From Okamejei kenojei (Eukaryota), in assembly GCA_035221665.1 (NCBI GenBank), contig CM069157.1:29574001-29638000 (forward strand): 64,000 nt of DNA, written 5' to 3'. Both the position numbers and the translations under genes were made by a program. This document shows positions 50,926 to 64,000 of this stretch, one piece after another; the stretch's first letter is position 1, and every line of letters begins with the position of its first letter. The notes beneath the pieces were generated by a model, which was given only the letters and a program-made list of their open reading frames with translations, did not search any database and was not told the origin of the DNA.

Positions 50926-52676
50926 GCAATAAAGATTTAAGAATGGGAAGTGTCATCAATATTCCAAGAGCACACTAACCTGTTCCAAGCAAATTCTCCT
51001 CTCCAAACAAATTGAATAACCACAGTGAGTAAGCTCCAAGTTTTAATAAAATATTGAAGCTATTTGGACCTTCCTGCATGACCCACAACATCTAGTCTTA
51101 CTCGTTGTTACACTATTCCCATTCACCTTAACATCTAAAAATGTATCCAATTCAGAGCCATAAAAGATTCCCATTGTTCAGTTCAATGAGTTTCAACCAC
51201 ACCACAGATACCGGCCCCCAAAGTTGGCCTTGGAAGTCCGCTATGGGAACAGATCCACCAGCTCTAACTGCGCCAGAGTTCCAGAGTCCCAGCTGCAGGG
51301 AGCAAATTCAGCCCGCTGATCGGAAGTTGAAATGAGGATCCAAATGAGGTTGAGATTGGCTGTCACATTTTTGAGGGGACGTGGGGATTCAAAGTGCACA
51401 ATCGTAATTTTGTCCCAATAAAGGGAGGTGATGGATCACCAGTTGCTAGAAAATTGGTGGTGGAGCGGTACTAACTCAACCACTAAAAGGACATGTTCTT
51501 AATAGACTGGTTATGCAGTATCTGCGGAGATATACAGATAGCATTTCAGATCAAGGAATGCATGGATTAAATTCCTTCTATCAACGTTAAGTAGGATGTA
51601 CTGCAATGTGAGAACATCCATCTTATTTTACGGCGATAAGGTGCCTTTACTTTCTCACCAACCCCAGACTGAGCCTCTGGGACTGATCAGGTGCAAAGAA
51701 TATTCTTGGCAAAACCTCGACTTCCGAGGGGAAAGTTACCCGTCAGCACCTAGGACAAGAGTTTCAGCTCCTAGCAGTGGAGCCAGTGGGTGGATGGTGA
51801 TTCAACTGCCGGGTAACTCCATGGTTTGTCTGCACAATCTGGCCTAATATTCCCACTGTAAAGCTATAATGCATACTCTTCGAATGGTAGTGGGTGAAGG
51901 TAGGTACGTAGCATTTTAAATGAAAAATGATGGGACTGCATAATATGATTGTAGATACAGGAGAAGCGTCTCTTCCTTTCACTGACCACAGATGCATGTG
52001 CAGCACCTGGTTGAACTGGAGATTTCTAGCTCTCAGGTTTCCTACTGTAATCTCAAAAATCCTTTAGCTACATACAAGCTGATGAAATTGGCACACAAAG
52101 TTATGCTTCCAAGGTTATGTTTGCTGCTTGATTATCAGGAAGCGTATCACTGCCAAGGTGATGAGTTACTAATGCCTCCTGGATGACTCAAACCGATTCT
52201 GACGCAACTGGTTATTTCAGTCTGTAGAAAAATAAAGCTTTAAATAGCCAAATAATAAAAGCAGTGAATTGCACTGTGTACATTACATTGGGGCCAGGTT
52301 AATAGAATCAAAACCTGCTTTAGACTACTGTTGTTATTAAATAGGTATTATTTTAAGTAATATTGTCCCCAGAGAGCTTGGTGTGTAGGCCTGTATTACA
52401 AAGCTATCCCAATCTATTATTAAATTGATGATAACAAATAGAAAGGCTATGGGTACTATTGAAAGTAAATATAAATTCAGTGGGGATGAGATCGGAGACA
52501 ATGCAAATTGGTAGAAACGATGTATTAGCATGGTCCTATAATTACTCAAGAACATTAATATTGACATTAATTTCTCAAACAGGTATACGTCCCAGGCCTC
52601 TGCATTAATACTCATCTATTGAGAACAGAATAGTATAATAACACAACTTCAAAAATCAAGAGAAAAATCAGTTTAC

Positions 52677-52729
52677 CTTTTATTTAGCACCATGTTCCCC
52701 AGCTTCAGATCCCTATGCACAATGTTCTT
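52677..52729 (-). CDS. STK40: STK40 coding exon 5 (catalytic loop HRDLKLGN)
   Basis: KNIVHRDLKLGNMVLNK(R); acceptor tttctgtag, donor GTAAAC; 53 nt. Too short to appear in the ORF track. Confidence 0.97.
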
Positions 52730-55100
52730 CTACAGAAACAGAAAAGGAAAAAAGTAGATTACTTTCTGTGAGAGAGCTGCCTTCTATAGGCCAGAGAACT
52801 AAAGATAATGACTGACAATAGGTCGAGATTCATAAGCAAAAAGGACTATTGGAGGTACGATATTTTTTAATATTACTTTGTCAAAATATTCCAAGAACAT
52901 TTGGTATGCTTTCAAGGCCGTTCTAGACTACACACCGTTTCGGTGGAGATGTGGTTATGCCCATGGGGTGGGTGGACACAATGAGAAGGAATTTCAAGAG
53001 TAGCAAGTTGGGAAAAATCATAAACCAAATTCCAACGACAGTGAAAATATAAGCAACAGCATATTTATTTTTAACAGAATTATTATTGATCCTTTCTCAT
53101 TTATTCTGGAGAAGTTGAGAAGCAAATCGGCAGGTAATGAGATCAAACACCGCATCCCAGTTTCCGTTTGCTTAAACTGGATTATTTGTGCAACTCATAA
53201 GACCCAAGCTACTTTACCTAGTGTAACATCAACTGTCTGCAATAATGACCTTTGCCAGAGTCTCTGCTAATCGCTGGTTTACAGCCTTTGAGAGACTTAA
53301 AATTAAGCTTAATAGGAATTTTAAAAAGCTGTTATGACAACATTATTTCCAGTTACAGATGTTCGAGTCAATGTGTGGCTACCACTCACTATAAATGACA
53401 GGGAGATCATGTGCATTTGAGATAACAATCCTCTCACTGTTATTCTGTAGAAATAATCTCTCTTTCCTCAGGTCATTTAGTAGTCTTTTTGCTCAGAATC
53501 TAGATATACACCTTACCAGCTTCCAACAATTGAAAACTACATGTATTATGTCAGTAATTCAGTTCACCAAGTAGCTGGCTTCTGACTCCAAATATAGCAA
53601 CATCCCACATAATTTAAGCACTTTATAATTATAGCAAAAGTAAGGTTATTTTGCCCTTGCCAGCAGAATTGTGTTTACTCTTAGTTATAAGGTAACTGCT
53701 CCCTCTCAAGTGCAAGTCAAGTAATAAGAAATTAATAAGAAAGATTTGAATGATCCGTTAAGTCCTATAGTGGAGTTAAATAAAGTGTGCTCGTGGAATG
53801 CAGGAAATGCAGCTTAAACCGGATAAAATGGCAGGCTGAATTTGATAGACCAAATATTACTTTCCAATGCCATTCTTATGATAAGCTTCAGCAATTGATA
53901 ACCATATAAAGCTGATTAAGTCAGTAAAAAGTTGGGAAGTTAAATTACTGCCATTAAATCCTGACTCTGCATCTGGACAACCATTACTCAAAAGATGCAC
54001 CTAACGGACTCCCAAACAACCTTTAAAAGCTGCACCTATTTACCGCAGCGTCCAATGGGTTTTAAATTAGATTAATAAATGCTCCACAATAGCTACCTTC
54101 GATAAACTGGATCACTAGTTTTTCTTTGTTTAAAACTTTGTGTTAAATTGCATTATGTAAAAGAATGCAAGATATAACATGTATTCCCTCTACTGATAGG
54201 GTCCCGAAAAGGGGAGATATTAAAATTAAAACTGGACATTTGCCAATTAATTCAGGAAACAATATTTACATGCAAAGCAATGGAAATTCCTGCCAATGTT
54301 GTAGATATTATTGAAACACTGACATTTTAGACATCAGATAGCGAAGGAAAGCTTCTTATTTTACCTTCTTAACGTTGACTATCCCTTCCTGATTATACAC
54401 ATACTCCTTGTCTATCTATTAATTTTTTTTCTATTTATCTTACCATTCACTGTTTGCCTTTGTTGCATTCCTTTATGCTTGCCTAAACAAGATCCTACGG
54501 GACACCAGGCTGCACACCCGTAAAGTGATATGGACAACGGTGATGGCAGAGTCAATCTTCAATTATATTTCACACACTTAAATGCAAATAATTGATATTT
54601 ACAACGAAGAGAATCTCATTGCAAACAATAAGTCACTAAATGTTCTTCCTATCGTCAGTTAAATTAACACGACTTTACTTCAATTTCCATTTATTTTTAT
54701 TTTCCAGAAAATCTATCCTGTGGAATCTTTGCAACCGCTCAGTCCTCCACAAAACATTCTATTATTAGTGGACCAAAATCCATGCCAAATTTCTCAGTTA
54801 ATCTATGCTTTTCTAAATAATTATTTATATTGGTTCCTTTTTATCTAAGTTTGACCATGACTGACGCAAGGCTGTCTGCCCTGAAATTACTTGATCTAGC
54901 CTTTCAATCTAAAATAACTACCAAATTAGCAGCCTACCAGCCTACCCCCCAAGCCCAGCCCAATACTACACCGGTAGTCCGAGGATTGCATTCTTGAGGA
55001 CCTTGCTCGGAGTGCCACAGACATACACCAATGAAAATTTGCCCTCTCCAACAAATATCACCACCGCAAATTTTTTTTTTAAATGCCAACGTCCCCTTAC

Positions 55101-55322
55101 CTTGTGTAAAGCTTCCACTACCCGTACCACATCATAAAATATTGCAATTGTTTCACGTTCACTCAGCCTCTTCTCTTTAATGACATAATGCTGTAGATTG
55201 ATGAGATCAGCGGTTTTGTCACTGAAGTCATGGGCGCAGAGGCAGTCCAGAACTAAACAGATTCTTTTCTTCATCCGCCTTATAATTTTGTTTGATTCCA
55301 ACTCTTCCACAACAGCCCTGTC
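55101..55322 (-). CDS. STK40: STK40 coding exon 4
   Basis: DRAVVEELESNKIIRRMKKRICLVLDCLCAHDFSDKTADLINLQHYVIKEKRLSERETIAIFYDVVRVVEALHK; acceptor ttttacag, donor GTAAGG; 222 nt. Confidence 0.97.
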
Positions 55323-56721
55323 CTGTAAAAGGGTAAATGCACAGAAATAGCACATGTAATTTAACTTATTCTGAAACACTGGGTCTCTCTCTACTTATAT
55401 CTGTGAATAAAAATAGACTTTACAATTGTAAACTGGTAAGGAACACCTAGGTTTCATTTACTGAAAAAACACAAATGTACTTTCCTTCCACTTTTTGACG
55501 CACATGGGCTCACCGTGTAAGTGAACAAACTCTGCTTTCCAGGCTGCAAATACTTTTACACAGTTATTTATGAAACTGCTGTCCTTCCAGTTAACAGTAT
55601 TACTTTACGATTGAAGTAATGGTAAAAATGCCTTGACTGGAATGTTATAGAAGTTCTGATACTGTTGCTAGTTGACAAAAATGAAAGTGATCGATGGCAA
55701 GATGGCACCAGTGACTCTTTGTGTGCTGGTCCCAGAAGAGGACCTCCTATCATCCCAACACAATCCCCCCCCCACTCTTTAGAAACTCAGTATTGCCAGC
55801 TGTACTGACAATATTCAATTTTTCTCTTCACTCTACCTATTATACTTGCATACGGTTTAATTGTATTCATGTATAAGGATGTCTGATTTAATTGGATAGC
55901 AACCAAAAGATTTTCACCACACCTCAGTTTAAAAGTTACAATAATGAACCGACAATTTAAAATCCCCAAGTTTTCACCCTTGTCCATTTATATCTGCACA
56001 CAATTGATATACATTATACTCTTTTGTATGGCATGTGGATAAGATCACCTCTGCTTTAAGTGTAGAAGATGATAAACTACCAGTAGACATTTTACTTTTA
56101 CTTTTTTGACATGGCTTATCAGCTCCACTTTGCTTTGGTTCATGTTTATGTTTCCATGTGTTTACTAGAAACCAGGGAAGTCACAGAAATTAACATTAAC
56201 TAAATCTGCTCCCAGATCCCTCATCATAGTAAACAAGAATCAGATGGAACCTGCCGAATCGAGAAAATAATCATTTGAAGAAAACATCGATTTAGTTTCC
56301 AAGGAAATGTGCCCTTAAGCATTAATTTCCCTGACTAACATAGATTAGAGTATGTCAAATTTGCATTCCTGACAAATTCAGTTCATAATTTGTGAACTAG
56401 CAATAGTTAATTGCTTGACTAGGCTGATGCCCACATAATAAACGTTTGCCACAAGAAGAGATTTGGGAGTAGATGGATTTAAAATTAATTTCTGCATCCT
56501 GCCTGGTTTCTTGGAAGCATAGACTTGGAAGCATACACATAAACATGAACCAATGCTCGCACTTAATATTTTACTGCATGATGGAACTTTGTCAAATTTA
56601 TACTGGCTTAAACAAATAAAAAGGGTTTGCAAGATAATTTTAAAAAGGCAACAGGCGATATTGCCAGAAGCATTTGAATGATCAACAAGTCTACTGTGGG
56701 TGCTCTTGCACTGTGCTTTAC

Positions 56722-56862
56722 CTGAAATAGCCCATGGTGATGCACCACTCCATCTTGACTGTGAAGCAGGGACAGAAGGGAGTACTCTGTATGTAAAAGC
56801 ATCTTTCCTTGTCTTTCTTCCTGAGTTTCCATTCCTTCACCTCTGTCCTCAAGAGTCAGAAT
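56722..56862 (-). CDS. STK40: STK40 coding exon 3
   Basis: ILTLEDRGEGMETQEERQGKMLLHTEYSLLSLLHSQDGVVHHHGLFQ; acceptor cactttag, donor GTAAAG; 141 nt. Confidence 0.97.
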
Positions 56863-58088
56863 CTAAAGTGGAAGCGAAGGTTGAGCAAAGCATTCGCAAA
56901 AATCAGAATCCAATCAATTCATCATTCAGAGTGTATTAATTTATGTATACCTAGACATCTTGCAAAAGTATTTACTAAACAAACGCTCACTAGGTTTGCC
57001 AGTCAGATATAAGGGGAAAACAAATCACAAGGCTATTAACATTAAAAAAACAAGCTCATTGACTCGAGGCAACAACTTTTTGTCACTCCACATATCTATC
57101 AAAACAGTCATAAATTCTGCAGTGTGTGACCTTTGGAATCAAACTTGTGCCAACAATATTGAAGTCATCAGCATTAATGTTATTCCCCAGCTTTCTCCAT
57201 TTACTATCCCTTAAAAAACTGGTAATCCCATGCGGAAAACTGTCCAACTTTTTCACCGTTTGTTTCTATCAAAATGTTTTCTATAGAAAAACGCAAGTAA
57301 ACCTTAGGGGCATTTGAGCTCCTTCAATCAATAAAAACATGACTGTTTCAAAGTCACCAATCAGCTTTCCAGCCTAATTGCCAAGTCAACATTTACCTGT
57401 GCACTTGTTATCTCACAAGTTCTTAAAAGGTTTTGTAAACCAGTTGATTGAAGAAGCCGACATGATAATCATGGAAGAAAGCTTAATACACATTGCTGTA
57501 GAAAGGAAAACTTGAGCATGACTTGGATGAAATGAAATGCAATGAAAACTGGAATTTTCAGGCGAGGAAATTGAAATTGGGAGACCAAATTAAGTGCAAA
57601 TGAAGTCCAATAATAACATGCTTTTAAAACTGCAATCACATTTATAGATTTCCTACAAGACCCTACATTACTGCGCTTTAAATGACACGGCCTCTTTATC
57701 TCACTTCTCTAGTGAGTCATTCTATAGGATCTAGACAACAGATCTGCGCATGTTGACTGTTGGCAGCACCAAGTGCAAGCTCAGTTGCATTCTTCAATCC
57801 TCAACTATGTATACTTTCAATGTTTGTAGAGGTGGGAGTGAGGAGATGGTGGAGCGAAGAAAGTAGTAGTACAGAAATTGTACACAAGAGCTTATGAATA
57901 AGTTGAATCTGTTGGCTAAATGACAAACAAATGCCAGTGATTGAAGTGAAGCCTCCCATGACTATCCCTTCTGGTTAGGGATTATAAAGGTCTAGTTGTT
58001 AAAAAAATGCCGTGTGCTTTAATGTTAGCCTCACTGGACCATTTTGCTTTGAAGCAAATTAACAATACTGTTAATTTACTTCCAAAAT

Positions 58089-58222
58089 GGGGTGGAAGAT
58101 TGCAACCTTCACGTGGACCGCCATGTTTCGAAGAATGCAATCAACCCGGCGTGCACAATCAAATAGAACAAGTTGTCCTACAACTTTAGGCTGTGCACGC
58201 CATATGCAAGAAGAAGAAGACG
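58089..58222 (+). mobile_element. Short retro-insertion with an (AAG)n tail and an 11-bp TSD
   Basis: acttccaaaat at 58078-58088 and 58223-58233; tail caagaagaagaagacg; internal inverted repeats. Confidence 0.75.
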
Positions 58223-58496
58223 ACTTCCAAAATTATTAGTGCCAGTGACAGTGACAAATGTGTAATACTTAATTCCCAAAGCACCTATTAAGATACATTT
58301 AAAAGTCTTGACACTCCGGTTGTGCAGTTAGCCATTTTCAGTTCAGGTGAATGCAGTTTAAGAAAATCACTTTTTTGCAACACAATTGAAAATACTGGTC
58401 TGAATCAATTTTAATAAAGAGCTCTTTTAATGCAAGTATATCCTTCAGTTTATTGTGTAATATTTTGTAAAATGTTACCAGGCAAGTTTTACTCAC

Positions 58497-58582
58497 TTTT
58501 AATTGATAGAAGTCATCTGTTCCATCTTTCCTCGCCAAACACTGAACAATGCTTTGAACAGGTGAATTTCCTAAACGAGGAC
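58497..58582 (-). CDS. STK40: STK40 coding exon 2
   Basis: (G)PRLGNSPVQSIVQCLARKDGTDDFYQLK; acceptor ttgatcag, donor GTGAGT; 86 nt. Confidence 0.97.
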
Positions 58583-60204
58583 CTGATCAAGAAAATAAAA
58601 CGATTTAAAAAGAAAAAAGCATTCCCTGGAGATTCTTTTCAATTTAGTGGAAGACCTATGACTAACAATTGCATAAAAGACTTCCCTAATGTGTAGGACA
58701 TATTAAAAATCAAGGTTATTTTGTACTGCTGGGAACAGCTCAGTATGACTAATCACTTGAATCACTGAATAAAACCATAAAAACATGTAGCTGAGACCAA
58801 AGCCCAATTTCCAATCCTCAACACAAGGCAAAGTGCGTCATTTATTTCAAACATTCCTGGAAAAATATCAGTGCAGTGTTTAAATAACTAATCACGATAC
58901 ATTTTCTTTCCCCCACTCTTGAAAGCAATCAGTTTCTCAGACAACAGGGCTGTCCTCAAATTCTGTGACACCTCAGGTTTTGCAAACTGCATTACTACAT
59001 TTGATAATCAACCTGACAAAATCTCTATCAGTGGCCAATGGCAAGATGATTTTCTCCTCCCTATCCCAGGAGCTACAGATGGTATAGATTTACAACTATT
59101 CTGCTAATAAATGGAGGGGCAAATTCAGCCATTTTCAGTCAAATGAGATCTGTAATTTCCACAAGGAAAATTGATTATTATTCTTTATTCGAGTCACAAG
59201 ACGTGCAGGGATCGGTAATTACCACAAACCAAATATACCCTCTTGAATGACACACCACCTCAAACAATAAATTCCTTCTGGTGATTGAGGTCAAATGTTG
59301 GTGCAAGCTTGGGAGCTCCAGGACTTAGATCACACTAATGAAAGAACTGCAATGCATTTCCAAATCAAGAAATGGAGGTGTACCAGTTTACAAGTGGCAA
59401 TGTGCCCATTCCTTGACTATCCTTGACCTTCTTTCTGTGAGCGTTGAAGTAATTGGCTTGAATATCTGTTGTGTGATTTGCTGTTGGGGTCACATTGCAG
59501 TTTTTACACTCTGGTGGTAGAATTATTGAATGTTTAGGTTGAGTGATTGGATTTAAATCAAGCAGCCTGCTTGTTACTGGAAGTTTTCAAGCTACATGCG
59601 TTGTCATAGCTGCACTCATCTGAACTAGGAGTTTATTTTTAATAACACTCCTGCCCAGAAATTTGTAGATGGTGGCAAATTTTGACTTTGGGACGTAAAT
59701 CACCTGCAATGCTGCAGGCTTGGGAAGTTCTGTCCGAGTTACTCAACGCCTGACCAAACAATTTAACTATAGAATTTATGTGCATATCCCAGTGACATTC
59801 TTGTCAATTATAACCCGAGCCAGATAATGCATTTGAATGGCAAAGCAAAGTAATTGTTGACATAGTGATTGCCTAGGACTTGCACAATATCAATGTAACT
59901 TACTATTCACTATCAATCTATGTCTAAATACAGTCTACATCTGACTGCAAGCAGGCATGGGCTATTTCACATCTGAGGAATGATGCCTGGAAATCAATAT
60001 TGTGCCAGCTTCTACACTATTTAACTTACGACGGGGGAAGTTCATTGAAGTACCAGTTAAACATAGCAGGAAAATGCCAAGGAATTTGCAGTGAATGGCT
60101 TGGAGATGGGATGATAGTCCTCCACTTAAGTATGCTTCCAACTGTGAGACTTTCTACTCTTGATCTACATTGATCCTTGGTCAAATGCTGCAATGTTATC
60201 ATGG

Positions 60205-60510
60205 ACGGTAGGGCAGTCACGGTAGAGTTTCTGCCTTACAGCCGAATGCAGCGCAGGGGTCCCGGTTTTGACCCCGACTACAGGTGCTGTTTGTACGTTC
60301 TCCCCGTGACCGCATGGGCTTTCTCCGAGAACTTCGGTTTTCTTCCACACTCCAAAGAAGCTCAGGTTTGTAGGTTAATTGGCTTGGTAAATGTAAAATT
60401 TGTTCCTAGTGGGTGTAGGGTAGTGCTAATGTGAGGGCATCACGGGTCAGTGCTGACCCGGTGGGCCGAAGGACCCGTTTCTGTGTTGTATCTCTAAACT
60501 AAACTAAAGT
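60205..60510 (+). mobile_element. tRNA-derived SINE (HE1-like)
   Basis: ggtagagtttctgccttacagc ... cacactccaaaga ... gtatctctaaactaaactaaa tail. Confidence 0.85.
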
Positions 60511-60969
60511 GCCTCTCAATTTATTTTGAGAATTTAGACTTTGTCAATATTTAGACCCAGGCTACAATAATGCTTGAAGCTAGGCAATCCTGATAAAATC
60601 TGAACCCTGTGAATAGTGAGTTAGTCCTACTTGATAACAGTATCAAACAACTACTTCCACGATTAAGATGTTAATTAACCAGATTGGCTTTGTTCTGCTT
60701 TTTGCAGCCAGCATACATCTGGGCAATCTTCCATACTGGATGGAAGCCAATGTTGTAACTGTACAGGAATTGCTCAGCAGGAGGCAAAGTTTGGCTGAAA
60801 CAAATATTCAGCACAACAGCTGGGATGTAGCTTGGTGCCATATTCTTTTGTTGTACCAGTGGACTCTGCTGTTTCCTGCTGTTTACATAGATCAAATCAA
60901 ATGGTTTGTAAATTGGCTTTTGAGATGAGAATCTCAGTTTGCTCAGGAGGAGGACAAGATGGCTGCTTC

Positions 60970-61445
60970 GGAGAGGGTACAGGTTTACCAGAAAACTGCC
61001 TGAATTAGAGGGTATTCCCCAGAAGGGGAGGTTAGACCAGCTTCCATTGATTTCTCTGGTGCATCAGAGGCTGAAGGAATACCTAATAGAAGTATATAAA
61101 ATGATTAGAGATAGATGGGGTTGATAGTCATAACCTTCTTCCAGGTAGAAGTCAACGACGAGAACGCAATGCTTTAAGGTCAGGGAGGGGGATATTTAAG
61201 GAGACATGCGAGGCAAGTTTTTTTTTAAAAAGATCGGTGAAATGCCTAAATTGCGCTGCCAGGCGTTGTGGTGAAAGCAGATGCAATTGTGGCATTTTAA
61301 AGGATTTTTAGATACGTTCCTTGATATGCATTGAATAGAGGGATATGGATCACTTGCAGGCAGAGATTAGTTTAACTTGGCATCATGTTCAGCACAGACA
61401 TGGTGGGCCTAAGGGTCTGTTCCTATGCTGTACCATTCTATGCAT
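60970..61445 (+). mobile_element. CR1 3' fragment
   Basis: RFTRKLPELEG...RLKEYLIEVYKMIR; 3' end gtgggcctaagggtctgttcctatgctgtaccattctatg. Confidence 0.75.
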
Positions 61446-62102
61446 AAACATCATACTTCTGGCTGAAGATGGATGCAAATGCCTTATCACGAGATGCAGC
61501 AAGCATTATTATCCATATTGTCCACTGTTTTGGAAGGAGCATTCAGCTGAAGCAATTCCCCCTGCTGAACTGAAAAGCATCTGTACAAAGATATAATTTC
61601 ATTTCCCCCCCCAGCTCAAGAGGTTGGAGAGAGGGTGCTTTCAGTAATTTTCCCACATCAGCCTCTGGGTAAAATTCAGGAGTAAAAATGCTTGTCAATT
61701 TTCGCATTAGCTTCTGAAATGATAAAAACTGTTTGGTCACCCAGCCACAGAAACAAAAGTTGCAGATTTAATGCCCTGAATCTTAACCAGGTATGATTAG
61801 TTTCAGTGCATCAGGTTGCAAATGGAATCTGCCATGAACTACTGAATACGACAAGATCCTATTCCTCATTGCAATCCAACTCCCGAAAGTACCCAGGGCA
61901 GGTGAATGCACGATTGAACGAAACACAAGAGGATGAATTTGCTAACATCCACCACCTAGCATCAGAGGAGGTACAAAGCAAGAGAAGTACCTCTTGAATT
62001 TAGCCATACACAAGCTCATAATGAGAGAAGTGGTACAAATAAATATTCACTGGCTAAAGAGCATTTCCCCCTCATGGAAGGTTTCTAACTGAAGGAACTC
62101 AC

Positions 62103-62214
62103 CGAGGATGAAAGGCCCAGCCCTTTTACTGTTGGTCCCAGCGATCCCTGTGCAAAGAGCTTTGGACTGTGCTGAAGATTCGCCGGCTCCTCTGTCTAGC
62201 GCTTGCCTCTTCAT
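62103..62214 (-). CDS. STK40: STK40 coding exon 1 (ATG exon; the exon starts at about 62229 with 15 nt of 5' UTR)
   Basis: Reverse complement reads ATG AAG AGG CAA... = MKRQALDRGAGESSAQSKALCTGIAGTNSKRAGPFIL(G), matching the STK40 N-terminus (human MKRRASDRGAGETS...KRAGPFILG). Acceptor ttttctctag at 62230-62231, donor GTGAGT; 112 nt, phase 1. Confidence 0.96.
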
Positions 62215-62804
62215 CTTCCTCCTCCAATTCTAGAGAAAACAGGCAGCCATTTACTGGTCAAGAACCAACTAATCAATCAACATTTTTAGACAACTAACCA
62301 GTTGAGCTACTCAGGAGCTTATAGATATTGTGTAATTATTCCCCACTCAAAAGGAATGTTGTTAGTTACCAGCTTCTAAAAGTAGAGGGTGTGAGACGTG
62401 ATGTTAGTGTGCATGAAAAAAAAAAACATTCCCAGATATGGAAAACAAGTGAGTAATCAGTTTAGAATCTCCTTAATTTTAATGTGCCCAAAGCACTTTA
62501 CATAGATTTTTTTTTTAAAGTCCTGAGAAACGAGTTGTGTCACTGTAAATTCAGTGGGAGGAAAACACTAGCTTTCAGTAAAGAAATCTAAAAAGCTACT
62601 GAGAGGCTTGCCTTCTACAAATATGTATTTATGCCAAAGCGCTTTTCTTTCACACGCAAGCTTCTTGCTTTCTTAAATCATATTGTGCATCTCGCTGTTC
62701 TTTCTTTACCATTAACAGGCAGCTTATTACAAAGATAAAGACAAAATATAAGCAGATAATTTACCTCACTAAGAAATTTCGAGTTTTAAAAAAGCTTTAA
62801 AAGT

Positions 62805-63115
62805 GCAGCATGGTGGATCAGCAGTAGAGTTGCTGCCTTACATTGCTTACAGCACCGGAGACCCGGGTTCAATCCTGACTACAGGTGCTGTCTGCACAGA
62901 GTTGTACGTTCTCCCCGTGTCCACATGGGTTTTCTTCAAGATCTTTGGTTTCCTTCCACACTCCAAAGACGTACAGGAATGTAGGTAAATTGCCTGGGTA
63001 TGCGTGTAATTTGTCCCTAATGTGTGTAGGATAGCGTTAATGTGCGGGGATCGCTGGTCGGTGCAGACTAGGTGGGACAAAGGGCCTGTTCCGCGCTGTA
63101 ACTCTAAACTAAACC
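62805..63115 (+). mobile_element. tRNA-derived SINE (HE1-like)
   Basis: gtagagttgctgcctta...gagacccgggttcaatcctgactacaggtgctgtc ... ctctaaactaaa tail. Confidence 0.87.
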
Positions 63116-64000
63116 TTTGTAAGCAATCAAATGTTTACCATATTTGTGTATGTCCCCATTTCTGACAAAACATTTGAGTTCAGTGATGATTTTAAGAATC
63201 TACATTGCATCTTAAAATAAAGTGGAGAGAGAGCGAGAGAGAGACATAGGAAGAATGAGGAGGTTGTTGAAGACAAAAAGGAAGTAGAAGGAAGATGGGA
63301 AGAACAAATTGGCACTGAATTATTTCCCCCTTCTCCTCGGAGGTGGATTAAGATATTATTTCCACCATTTTACTGTGGAAAAGATGGTACAGCTCAATGG
63401 AAATATGTCCTATCTTGCAACTTTAATATTTCAGTGGGGAAGGCAACAAATGTCAAGTATAGTAATTTAATAATACAAACAGAACACGCTGGAACCATTC
63501 ATTAGGTCAGGAGAACAGTGACAAACGAATAAGCTAATATATCAGGTCAAAGACAAAGGGTCTTAATGTTTCCAGTCGAAGACTCTTCGCATTCACCTGG
63601 AATGTAAACTCCATTTCTCTTTCTGACTTTGACCATCTGCAGTTTTGATTTACATTAATTCTGTGCCTTTTGTGTGATCAATGATTCAATTAAAATATTC
63701 CAAGACTGACATGCAATTATATAAACAGAAAATGTTGAAAGTAGAAATGTCTGACAATGTCTTTGTAGAGTGGGGGAGACCGTTAACATTTCAGCATGAT
63801 AACCTATCGGAACTCAAAAGTTAGAAATGCAACAGAATCTAATTGTTTTAAATATGAGCAGAGGAGAGAACAAAACGGGTCAGTGGTAGGACAGACACTA
63901 GTTTAAACTGAGTAATATGGTGATACCAGCTGAAATTAAAAAAAATAAAACTGCCATTGTCACACAGTGGATTGAGCAGCATCTGTGAAGGGAATGGAAT

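Noticed and set aside
51420-51860. Moderately GC-rich block that might be a retroelement 5' UTR or structured RNA
   Set aside because: I could not identify a convincing motif, fold, TSD or second copy from the sequence alone.
54966-55379. 137-aa ORF as a single-exon kinase fragment
   Set aside because: Only 55101-55322 is exon; the flanks are intronic read-through beyond clear AG and GT sites.
62755-62775. Possible donor site (GAG/GTAAAT, minus strand) for an upstream non-coding STK40 exon
   Set aside because: No supporting acceptor, CpG island or promoter signal, and it adjoins a SINE. The true first exon probably lies outside the window.

Overview
This is vertebrate genomic DNA. Its repeat content (CR1, Rex1/Babar, HE1-like tRNA SINEs, Penelope-derived short elements) suggests a cartilaginous fish, probably a skate or ray; that is inference. 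The window holds the complete coding region of the pseudokinase gene STK40 on the minus strand. There are 10 coding exons, from the ATG at 62214 to the TGA at 3268-3270, all with GT-AG boundaries and compatible phases, giving 1296 nt and 431 aa. The 3' UTR runs toward the window start, and the presumed non-coding first exon and promoter lie beyond 64000. The introns are filled with decayed retroelements, including a HERO-like restriction-endonuclease LINE and a Penelope RT fragment, plus two MITEs. There is a 211-N assembly gap. The most notable non-coding signal is a dispersed family of short Penelope-derived elements carrying minimal hammerhead-ribozyme motifs, in single, back-to-back palindromic and tandem arrangements, two with clear target-site duplications. 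Other points of interest are miR-31 seed sites next to a poly(A) signal in the 3' UTR, a hairpin conserved between two divergent GC-rich elements, and a small structured retro-insertion with an 11-bp TSD. Exon coordinates were read base by base; repeat boundaries are approximate.
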